Assembly: GCA_013115125.1 (NCBI GenBank)
Contig: JABANN010000002.1
Span: forward strand, 186,001 to 231,521
Length of the DNA stretch: 45,521 bases
Reading direction: 5' to 3'
Origin: Perkinsus olseni
Lineage: Eukaryota
Position numbers and translations under genes: made by a program. Under the pieces are notes generated by a model. The model had not been told where the DNA came from. It was given only the letters and a program-made list of their open reading frames with translations, and did not search any database. Below are positions 10,916 to 20,871 of this stretch, one piece after another; position 1 is the first letter of the stretch, and every line of letters starts with the position of its first letter.

Positions 10916-13900
10916 CTACTTCTCCAAGCCGTCCTCCTGAATAAAGGTCTTCATCGCCCGCACAGCGGTGACCGCTCCCTCGATCGCCAGAGTGGCTGCT
11001 GACTGGAAGGACTCGATGTTGATCTTACCCTCAAGGCACAGATAGTTCAACTAAAAAGACAGTGAATTAACAAATCTCTCGACCGTGATTTCGAAAGAAT
11101 CTTGGAGCTGCGCATCCTGCACGCTTCAACCAAAGATATCCCGCTGGAGTTACCTCCTTACGCCGCTGGTATACCGCGACCGTCACAACAGCTCCGCCAC
11201 AACCCTCCGCCTCCGCGTGATTGAGATCGACTATCGGACTCTGATTATTCACCAATCCTACTGTGCCTGAACACACAAAAACTCCCCAGGACGATTAAAG
11301 ACGGGCGAAAAATTCCGTTGATGAACTCACACAGGGAGCGGGCACCAGCAGATTCTCAAGGCTAATGGTAAATAGTCAAGGCGGGAAATCTCGCTCGCCC
11401 TGCGCAGAGTTTTTTGTGTAATAGTCAAGGTCGACTACCAGCAGATTCTCACGGCAAATAGGAAATAGTCACGAAATTCCCATGATGCAGAGGTTGGGAG
11501 TGTGAACAGTATGTGACCGCGCTCTGACCTAATTCGGTACTTATCAGTGTCAGAGCCAGCAACCAGGTTGGAGGCTCCTGCCAGGAGCCAGTGGTTGCCG
11601 CCGACACTAGAGTCGCCTGACTCCATACCTCCATACCTCCATACCCTCCGGCCTGGGTCGAGTCAGCAACCTCTAGTATCCTACCTCCACATCCAGGGAG
11701 TGGCGGGCTGGGTCAAACTCGCATCCGCCACCACCATCACAACCATTACTTTGTACGCTTGTTTCTCATCTAGCAGCACCATACTAGCTCTAGCTTTGAG
11801 TTTCATTGAAGTACTGCGATCTGGATCGCAGGACCGTTGCGCACAAGTTTCTGTATTGTGCGCCTGGCCTCTGCGTGGTAATTTCGCTCACGCCTATCCT
11901 CCTACGTAGGATTGCTACCAAGGTCCGGCTGCTTGCATTGTGTAAGAGTGACCCGAGAGGTGGACCAGAAAGCCGAGGAAAAGAAAAACCCACCCGATCC
12001 CGGAACTGTTACCCAGGGCAACCCGACCCCGGAACTGTTACCCAGGGCAACCCGACCCCGGAACTGTTACCCAGGGCAACCCGACCCCGGAACTAAGGCA
12101 AGGGGCCGTTTCAGCAAGGTAGACCTTGAGAATTGGCAGGAAACCTTGGGAATTCCCCAAAACCAGCACGCCGGGCGAGCGAGATTACAACCTTGAGAAT
12201 TTCCCAAAAACCTTGAGAAAATGAATTTGCCCCACAGGGAGCGCACGACGAGATGCAAATCAGACAGACCGTCGTAAAGACCAATAATGAATCGAACCTT
12301 CGGCCATAAGCAGAAGATAGTGCAGCGTACAGCCTTCACGAATCTTTCACGGGCCTTCTCCTGTCCAGCCGGCCGTACGAAAACAGCTATCACTAAGCCC
12401 CCCAGGATCCCCTTCCTTAACATCCCCGCTTCCAACGCGACTAGCTAATGCCAGTGATTCAGGCCTCCAACGCCGTAACCCCTCCCCAGCACTACATGCT
12501 GCAAACATGTCCCTTATGGGTATACCAGCGTCCACCAAAGCAGCTGCTGCAGCGTTGGCACAAGCGGCCAGAGCTGAGCCATCTTCCTGCAGGATGGTTA
12601 GGTGCACATCAATACAGGACTTGGGAAACCTGAGCAGATGAGATGGGAGGGGGTTGGGAATCAGTGGGAGTGACGACTAATTCTACTATAGTCGTTGGTG
12701 GAGTCGTTGCTGAATGTAGTTCGATCGCTTCACCCTCAGGAGAGCTACAGATTTCGCATCACAAGCGGGCACTTGGGGCTAGCCGGCCGAGTCCAGAAAA
12801 AATTTCCTCCATTTTCGGCAAAAATTTTCGCCGATGGGTTACCGCGCCTCGGAGAACTCAGACATGAGAGACGTATATTTATGATAATATTACTGAGCAT
12901 GGAAAGGTCGATGATGGTACTTCACACTGATGAAAGATACGCCAACCGGGTTAAGGGTGATAGCTAAAACCCTCCTCGAATGATCAACTCCAGTATTACG
13001 ACTCGTAATTTCCGACCAACATTGAGGGTCCCTGTAAGCCCTGCCTCGGCTATCCAGTCGCCTTTCCCCTATACTACATTTCCGTGAGAACGGCGTCCTG
13101 TATGATGCGCTGAAGCCAGAGCTGCCTCTCTGTACTGTTGCGATCGCCTGTTGTGCGGCGTTTACGGTCGATAGTTGCGAAAGATGCGGTACGATAAATA
13201 ACCTAAAAATATCCTTCTCGAATCGCGACCATGCCTTAGAAGGCATCGTTACGTTGACGATAGCCTCTCCCTGTCTAGCCATGCTGCCTGCGGCTCGACC
13301 GACCGAGGCGGCTTGGAGAGGACGGGGTCCGAAGACATGCGCCACCACCTTGGTGAGGCCCTGAGAGAACGCGACTAACACAGTGACCGCTGGCAGGCGT
13401 GATAAGGGGGACGAGTGGTACTGCTGTTAATTGAGAGATCGCCATTCACGCTACGGACCGCGTTGCAGCACCATAGAGGGCATGATCATCACAAAGAGTA
13501 AAGTAGGATAGAAGTTTTCCCTGGAGCTGCTCGTGGTAGAATGCTGCATGATTAGTCGAGAAATACGGATGGCGCCCCTCCACCCTACACATTATGTGCA
13601 CTGTAATAGCGAAGAAAGTATGCAGAAGTGAGGCCACTGTGGTTACTGAAAGTGAGGTTCCACCCTGGGTCGAAACGAAATAAAAGATTCCTTCCACCTT
13701 TTCCGACAAACCTGCGGCCACTCGGATAACGCATCAATGAACGACAGGAAACGATCGCATCAAAGGCCACAAAACCCACCCCTCCCCCCTACTTCCTCTC
13801 CCCTGCTACTACCTGTTGCAATGTAGCACTGCCATCCGCGTTAGGAGCATCACCGATCTTCAAAGTGAGATATCGGATCTCATTCGGCCGCCTACCGTCG

Positions 13901-13944
13901 AGTCGGAAGCCTTCGTAGGAGAGGAACTCCTGCCTTCTGGACAT
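10916..13944 (-). CDS. RRP41: Exosome complex component RRP41 (RNase PH-like), 6 exons
   Basis: Spliced product: MSRRQEFLSYEGFRLDGRRPNEIR..ADGSATLQQ|GLTKVVAHVFGP..|VIYRTASFATIDRKRR..|FPKSCIDVHLTILQEDGSALAACANAAAAALVDAGIP..|..PIVDLNHAE..|..GLEK*. Long introns at 13361-13812, ~12630-13077 and 11267-12495. Confidence 0.92.
11992..12094. repeat. Minisatellite, ~3.5 copies of a 29-bp unit, inside an RRP41 intron
   Basis: Unit ACCCGACCCCGGAACTGTTACCCAGGGCA; GGAACT recurs at 12002, 12031, 12060 and 12089. Confidence 0.95.
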
Positions 13945-14618
13945 GTTAAGGAAATCTCTGACACTCGTAAACGACGTTATCGGTGTGTTTGGAGATGGAA
14001 TCTCAGGTTGGCCCTACTAACCATATACCTCTTCGAGTTCCCAGTGATAAGCAGAGGTTTTCCGCCATGACAGCGACAAAGGACAGGATACGCATTTCGG
14101 TAGACTTCGGCCGTCGGAATTAGACAGGATATGGTACGCGGGATCCTTGCTGGTGGATGTTGATCCGTCCGACACTACCACATTATGTGGTAGTTGCTTC
14201 CGTAACTATGTGGTCCACATAGTTGCGAAGCCTGCTGCTACGACGATGCAATACTCGCCGCACTGGGCAACCCAAGCTACTCGACGAGTGTTGCTGTCCT
14301 CGATTGTATCCTCCGGTGCGAAGAAGGAATTTGTACTATATGGCCAACTTTGGTATATGGTGGAAAGCGGCGCGTCAAAGAGTTGCGAAAGGAGTGGTAT
14401 CAGTGATTTTGCACGCATGCGCAAGCCGCGCAAGATTCTCATTTCCACTAGCCAAAGACGCGCGCTTTTAACTTTTTACTGTGCTTGCTTCCCGTCTCGT
14501 CTATCCCTCGCAGCTTAGGTTGAAGCATGCAAGATACGTTATAGGTCAAGCTAGCGCACTTCTTCCTGAGGGTCTGTTCCACTTCCTTTCAGCAGAGGGC
14601 CTTTTTGTGTACTTGTTA

Positions 14619-15681
14619 ATGCTGCCCAACCCGGCACCATCAGCCTTCTTGGTGCCGACTACTACCACAACAACCGTCCAAGCCCATGGTCTGTTAGGTG
14701 AGCCTTCCCTCTTCCTCCGAGACCCAGCGGCGGCCGCAACCTTCCTTCGCTTTAGGCTGGATCTCTTTTATCGTTCTCTTGTTGATCGGCGTTGGTGTGT
14801 TGTACTGGCATAACAAAAGTGACCGCAAAGCGCGGAAGAGCTCTCGGCTGGGGAGCCACTCGACGGTCCGTCGACCGACCAGGGTACTGAACCTTGGCCG
14901 AGATCGAGGGAAGGGTTGCGTGATGCCTGGCTGCTTTAGGTCAGCGTCAGTCGTAGTCTCAGACGAGAAGTGGAGAGGGGGGTCCCACTGCGTAGGTGCC
15001 GGTGCTCTCACTGTTGCACACGAGCGTGCTGGTTATTGCCGCAGTTGTAGCATAAAATTGAGCAAACAATTAAAAGTATCAATCAAAATCTACTTATTGA
15101 ATTCCACTGGAAATATTTTGCCTCGTCTCTGCAGCGATCGGGAGGCCGCCATTGCCACCAGTGATGGTGTCTGGGGACACCTGGTCCGGTCTTCCCTCTG
15201 GGAGGAGGCCCTGGACCTACTCTGAGAGGAAGAGGAGTACGCTATCGGCGGAGAGGGTGAGTTGACTCGGCTTTGTTGCACGATTGAGGTGATGCCGATG
15301 GTTCAGGTGGCTGAGGTTACTGACGCTCTACTGGAAAATAGACTAGGTACTAAGAGGGAAGGGTTTGTATGCTAGTATGTGGTCTGGCGGAGGAATTCAT
15401 GTTCCGTATGGATATGGTCGGTGGTTCGATCCCTGCCCTTTCCTCTTTGTAGGTTCTGACTATTCTTCCACAGCGTCCAACTGGGACAGTCAAAGTGGTG
15501 AGTTCATCCCTCCCCCCTCTTCACCGGTCTATCCACCACACCCGCCGGTCTTGGTACTCCGAATGATGTGTTGCTCTCAGACTCTTCATGGAAGGCAGTG
15601 GTTGGGGACAAGCCTGAAGCGGTAGTACGGGCCACCAGCATGCCCGTCGTGCTAGGTTCGTTGCGTCTCTCCAGGTTGTGA
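14619..15681 (+). CDS. Hypothetical multi-exon membrane protein (exon structure only partly resolved)
   Basis: TM-like segment FALGWISFIVLLLIGVGVLYW and several GT..AG introns (e.g. 15184-15228, 15257-15452). I could not fix all reading phases. Confidence 0.4.
15352..15447 (+). other. Degenerate tRNA-like stem-loop at the 3' end of intron 15257-15452
   Basis: 12-bp terminal stem AAGAGGGAAGGG/CCCTTTCCTCTT, B-box GGTTCGATCCC, D-arm-like GCTAG..CTGGC. The anticodon arm is non-canonical. Confidence 0.35.
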
Positions 15682-16161
15682 AGCGGGCCGGCAGCGATGC
15701 CTCCACTGCCGTTGGGAGGTAGGCGGGCACGCTAAGGCGGTCTTCACGCGCCGCTCCTCAGCTCGGCGGCCGCTAGCTCTCACAACAAACGTCTGCACCC
15801 GATCTTCGCGAGGAAGCTGTCACAAGAGCAAACCCCTGCAGTTAGCTCGAAAGACAGGAGCCAGAAGAAGGCTGTTAAAGGTCCGATTGGTGCATCATCT
15901 GGCGTGGACGGAGTTTCTGTTCTGTCTAGGGGAAGGCTCCAGCGAGTGAGCGGTGAAGGCCTGCCGCTGTGGGCCTCGCGGATGGTAATAAGAGACATAA
16001 TTATCAGTTATTTTTACCCGTTTATTTTTGCGAAGTTTTGTCGGCTTTCGTGCTGCTGCTGCTGCCGTGTGGCATGTTCACTGTGGAATGCTGTGAATCT
16101 TGACGATTCAGCCGACAGAGAGTTGAGTTGGGTGAGGAACTGATGATCTCAGTTTGTCTGT

Positions 16162-17175
16162 ATGGCCGTTGCTTCTGAAGGAGGGAAGTTTCCGGTCTTC
16201 GAGGCTTCCGGGAAGGAGGAGTGCGCTGAGCCTGTGAGAGCCCACTGGTTGCCGGCGTTGGCGCATGGCGGAGCTACGGGAGGTGGACTCATTACCAAAT
16301 GTGCGTCCACCAGGGATCGAACCGGGGTCATTCGGATGCACTCTGGCTTCCGGTGGTCTAGCCGCTCGTGTGACTGTCTGGGGCGTTTCCTCTTAGGCCG
16401 AGTCAAGGAGTACTTTCTTGTCGAGGATGAGATGGGGTGAGGGGGTGGCACCGTTCCGCTCGGCACCGGCCGTTTCTCCTCGGGAATTTTCTCTAAGATG
16501 CCTTTTTCCTGAACCAAGTCTGAACTTGCCATGGACTTGGTGCGGCCGGCGCTTCCACCTGTGTTCTGCACGCATGCGCATAGACGGAGTTTGAAGGACC
16601 GCTGGCTCTCACAGGCAGTTGATTGGAATGTTTCCGACCCTGCCTGGCTAGATACGACGGGAAGACGAGCAACAAGTTGTCTGCCTTCCGCGGACGGGAG
16701 CTGCGAGGGAAGGACCTCGACTGTGGCGACATGCACGGGTAGAATTCGGGAAGAGATCGTTTCATGGAGGGCCGGGGCTGAGTCCTCTCGAGAGGGGCTG
16801 CGGGGTTGGACCGTACCGACACCGGGAGGTCAGCGTTGTCTTTTGTCAGGTACGTTATCCTGAAGAAGCTGGATGAGGAAAAAACTACGGAATTGTTCGA
16901 CTGTGTGAAGTAGTAGTTTCCCCTCAGTTTTCGCGAGCCCGTGTCAGGTACGTCGTGAGCGGCCCTGTGATAGACAAGGTGACCGTTTGGAATCATGACG
17001 AAGTTCCCCTGCGGTCTGATGAGGTCCGACGGCTCTGTCAACCGTGCTGGGCTGCATCGCTGCTGCTCAGGCTCCTCAATGCTTCGCCTTGGCCCGGACC
17101 ATGGATGGCTTCGGCCAGGCAGCAGTCGATACGACTTCGTCTGAGGTCGACGATGAGCTCGCCCGGGCATCATGA
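16162..17175 (+). CDS. RNASEH2C: Ribonuclease H2 subunit C, 6 exons
   Basis: The spliced product has the family motifs AHWLP..VKEYF, SAFRGRELRG, GYVILKK and VTVWNHDEVP..D. The first two introns are 16301-16396 and 16437-16651. Confidence 0.8.
16302..16340 (-). pseudogene. tRNA 3'-half relic (Gly-like acceptor end TGGACGCA), antisense at the 5' end of RNASEH2C intron 1
   Basis: Minus strand reads TGCAT CCGAA TGAC CCCGG TTCGATC CCTGG TGGACGC A, i.e. anticodon 3' strand, variable loop, T-arm and acceptor 3' strand. No matching 5' half is adjacent. Confidence 0.7.
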
Positions 17176-17364
17176 ACAATAGCACACATCAATTAGCTTT
17201 CTCTCTCCTTCAATATTGCGTTGTAGCGGAACAGGACAACTTGAAGTCAACGTAGGGTCACTATTAGTAATGGGGTGGACGATGGGGACGTCTTGGGACC
17301 TGTGTTCTGTACGCGAGGGTCGCGACGAGTCGTCTTCCTTCTGTAGTTTTTTGCAAGCTTTATA

Positions 17365-18390
17365 ATGGCTACTACGCGAGTCGCCTCGCCCGGTGATCGG
17401 CGGACGCTGTTGACAGTTCGCTCGATCGAGCGCAAGCTCCTCCTCGAGTTCCCCCGGGAGCTGATACTGTCGGTCTGGGCCTACGCTCGGCCCGTCCTGA
17501 CCAGGACAGAGGTTGAACGGGTTTTCCACTGCACCAGTAGAGATCCGCAGGACATGGATCTCTTCAAGCGCCCTGACGGATCGGGACTGCTATACCTCGC
17601 CGAGCTTCCGGGAGGCTGGGGAGTTGGGGAGATCACGGACACCGGTCGTTGTGACGGTCAAGAACTTCGTATAACAGGAGACGTCGATCTTGGCCGGGTC
17701 CCTTCCGCGTGTCTGGATCCTCGGGACGGCAGCATCGTCTGCCTTTCGCAACAGGGACGAGTTTATAAGTGTTCCGGCTGGGCAGCAGCGACCCCCGCAG
17801 CACCAGCGAAGTGGCAGCCGGTTCGAGACGGGAGGCGAATCTCGAACTTCATGCACGACATCCTGTGTACTAATGACGGCTCTCTTTGGGGTCTGGCAAA
17901 GCCGCGAACCTCAACTCTCCCGGGTCTCTATGCAATCTCGAGGACATCCCTTGACAGCAGGCCTCGTCGAGGCTCCCTCACCTCGCAGGAGGAATCCTTG
18001 GTTCACTGTATCGCCTACTCACCACCCCTCAATTCTGTGTTCGCCCTGCGCCCCCGGCTGGTCGAAGGCAAGTCCGTTGCGGAAGAGTTGGTACGGGTAG
18101 AGTCCGTTGGCGTTAGTGAGATCGACTGCACTCCGTTGTACTCGTTTGAGCCCCTGTGGAATCCGTGGTTCGACGTTGGATACCGCCTAGCCTTCATCAC
18201 TGGTCGCTCGGAATCTATGATCCCCCTGTTGTTTGTACTTGACCTGCATGCTCAGACTATCGTGTCCCGTTTGGCTCTCCCTAGTAGCTGTCCTCCTATC
18301 GCTCGTATTTATACGGCCGACCCTCTCCGTATCTGGGGCGTCTCTGTGCGAGCTCGGGAAGTTCGAAAGATACGCCTATTGAGCAATTGA
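17365..18390 (+). CDS. F-box-like N-terminus plus predicted beta-rich (propeller-like) protein, intronless
   Basis: LLEFPRELILSVWAYARP resembles an F-box helix. It is a divergent paralogue of the genes at 31209-32195 and 35315-36274 (shared DGSGLL and LDVG/VDLG motifs). Confidence 0.65.
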   Translation: MATTRVASPGDRRTLLTVRSIERKLLLEFPRELILSVWAYARPVLTRTEVERVFHCTSRDPQDMDLFKRPDGSGLLYLAELPGGWGVGEITDTGRCDGQELRITGDVDLGRVPSACLDPRDGSIVCLSQQGRVYKCSGWAAATPAAPAKWQPVRDGRRISNFMHDILCTNDGSLWGLAKPRTSTLPGLYAISRTSLDSRPRRGSLTSQEESLVHCIAYSPPLNSVFALRPRLVEGKSVAEELVRVESVGVSEIDCTPLYSFEPLWNPWFDVGYRLAFITGRSESMIPLLFVLDLHAQTIVSRLALPSSCPPIARIYTADPLRIWGVSVRAREVRKIRLLSN

Positions 18391-18537
18391 TACCTCTGCA
18401 GCCACCATCCGCTAATGACAGTGAAACCATCACTCTGTTTAGATTTTCTGTGATAGTCTCGGTGTACCAGTGTTCTCTTAATTGAGCGGTGACTGAGGAA
18501 TCGGAGTTTTGAGGTTGGCTCAGGCTTGTTCGGTACC

Positions 18538-19500
18538 ATGTCGAGCGTCTTACTATACGCCGTTCTACTTGGCCTTGCGATGGGTATGGAGATGACGATC
18601 ACGCCCATGGCCATTCCGGCCGTCACCGAAGGTCGGACCGCCGCCAATACTGCGCTCGGTGGTGTCGAGGAGTACCGTAATTTGACCCATCAGAATGGTA
18701 CTCGCTTCTACTACGTGTATACTCCTAATACGACAACTCGTACCATCCTGTTCAACATCCACGGCTTGGGCGACTCATGTCACAACTTCCGCCATGCTAG
18801 CGGCCTTGTCGACCTGGCCGACGAGAATGGTCTGATGGTCGTGACCCCGTGTGGCCTGCCCAATGGCTTCTATCTCAACTCCTTCAATGCAGGCGTGTGT
18901 TGCCAGACGAACAAGAAAACTGACGACTTCGGTTTTATCAAGGCCATTCTGTCCGATGTGAACTCCGACAGCGTTCTGCCTGTCTTTTCTGCGGGGTTCA
19001 GCAACGGTGGGATGATGTCCGAAGGCCTCTTGTGTTTGGACGTGGTCACAAAAGCAGTCTCTGTTAGTGGCGTAGAGGTCCTTGAACCCGGCTCCGAGGA
19101 GGGTATCAAAGCTTGCACCGCGAACTTCACCGAACTCGAAGCGAGGGTTGCCAACGTTCACGGGACCGCTGATTTCCTTGTCCCTTATGGGGGCAACCGC
19201 TTGCTGGGATACCCGCCGATCGAAGATGACATGAAGGCATGGTCGTCCAGGCTGGGTTGCGACACCAACTACACCGAGGTCCGAACTGATCAGGATTACA
19301 ACTTCCTCGAGTATGAGGGTTGTCGGCAGAAGGGCTCTCGAGTTCTGCTTGTACGCCATAATGGCGGTGGGCACACGTGGCATGGGTCTGGCGATTTCGA
19401 CACTCCTAAATTTGTGGTCGACTTTTTGTTGGGAAAAGGGGACGAGAGTGTGTCGAGAGTTAGAGTGGATAAGCTGGAATACCTTGTTGAACATTCTTGA
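18538..19500 (+). CDS. Secreted alpha/beta-hydrolase, LpqC/PHB-depolymerase (feruloyl esterase-like) family, intronless
   Basis: Signal peptide MSSVLLYAVLLGLAMG; motifs IHGLG, FNAGVCC, DDFGFI; nucleophile GFSNGG, HGTAD and GGGHTW. Confidence 0.88.
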   Translation: MSSVLLYAVLLGLAMGMEMTITPMAIPAVTEGRTAANTALGGVEEYRNLTHQNGTRFYYVYTPNTTTRTILFNIHGLGDSCHNFRHASGLVDLADENGLMVVTPCGLPNGFYLNSFNAGVCCQTNKKTDDFGFIKAILSDVNSDSVLPVFSAGFSNGGMMSEGLLCLDVVTKAVSVSGVEVLEPGSEEGIKACTANFTELEARVANVHGTADFLVPYGGNRLLGYPPIEDDMKAWSSRLGCDTNYTEVRTDQDYNFLEYEGCRQKGSRVLLVRHNGGGHTWHGSGDFDTPKFVVDFLLGKGDESVSRVRVDKLEYLVEHS

Positions 19501-19888
19501 GACCTTCGGGAAGGACCATTGAATTCTGTGCAGTTAGTTCGAGATCTTTTGACGTCATATATTATTCATCGCAATGCGGTTGTTTGTTGCATCACTTGCA
19601 GAGTGGTCGAGTTGTGTTCAGCAGTCAGTAGCTGCCAGTCACCAAGGGACTTTCCTTATGATCGGCCGGGTGAGTTTTTACTGGTGCAGTGACAACTGGA
19701 ACAGGCTCGGGTTCCCACAGACTCAATCTGGTACTCCTTCCATCCAAACAGCACCATCTCGCACAGTTTCAATCCGTACAGTGATACGTCATACAGTGAC
19801 AGTTCGTACAGTTCCCAGTGATACAGTGTCATTCAGTCCAGTATCCACGGATACAGTGACATGTCGTACCCGACTGATGGGCGACCTG

Positions 19889-20711
19889 AGTGCCAGAACT
19901 AGGCACTGTCACCAGGCACTAGGCACTGTCACCAGTCACCAGGCACTAGGCACTAGGCACTGTCACCAGTCACCAGGCACTAGGCACTGTCACCAGTCAC
20001 CAGGCACTAGGCACTGTCACCAGTCACCAGTCACTAGGCACTGTCACCAGTCACCAGGAACTAGACAGTGTCTAACACTGTCACCAGTCACCAGTCACCA
20101 GGCATGAGACACTGGCGCCAGTCACTGGACACTAGACACTGTCACCAGTCACCAGGCACTGGATACTACATTCAAGACACTGTCTCCGGGCACTAGACAC
20201 TGTCACCAGTGACCAGTCTCCAGGCACTAGACACAGTCACAAGTCACCGGACACTACACACTGTCACCAGGCACTAGACACTAGACACTAGGCACTGGAC
20301 ACTAGGCACTGTCATCAGTCACTAGACCGCGTATCATCGGTAGCATCTTAGCTGTGTAGTGATCCAGTGACAGTGCCTACTAGACACTGGCACGAGTCAC
20401 TAGACACTGTCTAGTGTCTAGTGCCCGGTGACTAGTAACTAGTGACCGGTGACCGGTGACCGGTGACCGGTGACCGGTGACCGGTGACCGGTCACAGTGC
20501 CTAGTGCCTAGTGCCTGGTGACAGTGTCTCGAGTCTAGTATCTAGTGCCCGGTGACAGTGCCTAGTGTCCAGTGCCTGGTGACTGTGTCTAGTCACTAGA
20601 TACAGTCACTAGACTCTAGTGCCTGGTGAGAGTGTCTTGAGTCTGGTATCTAGTGCCTGGTGACTGGTGACACTGTATAGTGCCTGGTGACTGGTGACCG
20701 GTAACAGTGAC
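19889..20711. repeat. Inverted (fold-back) satellite of 6-7-nt subunits
   Basis: Left arm is built from CACTAGG/CACTGT/CACCAGT/CACCAGG; right arm carries the reverse complements. Axis near palindrome CACTAGACA-C-TGTCTAGTG (20398-20416); (GTGACCG)7 at 20442-20490. Confidence 0.95.
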
Positions 20712-20849
20712 TTCATTCAGGTCCCCACCGTCATCTCAGGAGCTCACTAGCTAGCGCGGTCGCGCGCCTTCACCAAAGGCATTTGACAAGCCATCTCATT
20801 ACAGTCATGCTAGCGACTCCTGCAAACTCAACTCGCCCACCATGGGAGC

Positions 20850-20871
20850 CTAACGACTCGTTAGTAACGAG
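20850..20871. repeat. 22-bp A-X-H'-X'-A'-X-H scar (putative hAT-type excision footprint)
   Basis: c-taacga-c-tcgtta-g-taacga-g, perfect. Confidence 0.8.

Noticed and set aside
11992-12094. CRISPR-like 29-bp repeats
   Set aside because: Units are contiguous with no spacers, in a eukaryotic intron.
15223-15225. In-frame TGA next to a tRNA-Sec-like structure (possible selenocysteine or readthrough)
   Set aside because: A 45-nt GTCC..GAG intron (15184-15228) removes it in frame, and no SECIS element was identified.
19574-20107. 177-aa ORF with TRHCHQSPG repeats
   Set aside because: Translation of the satellite; no coding evidence.
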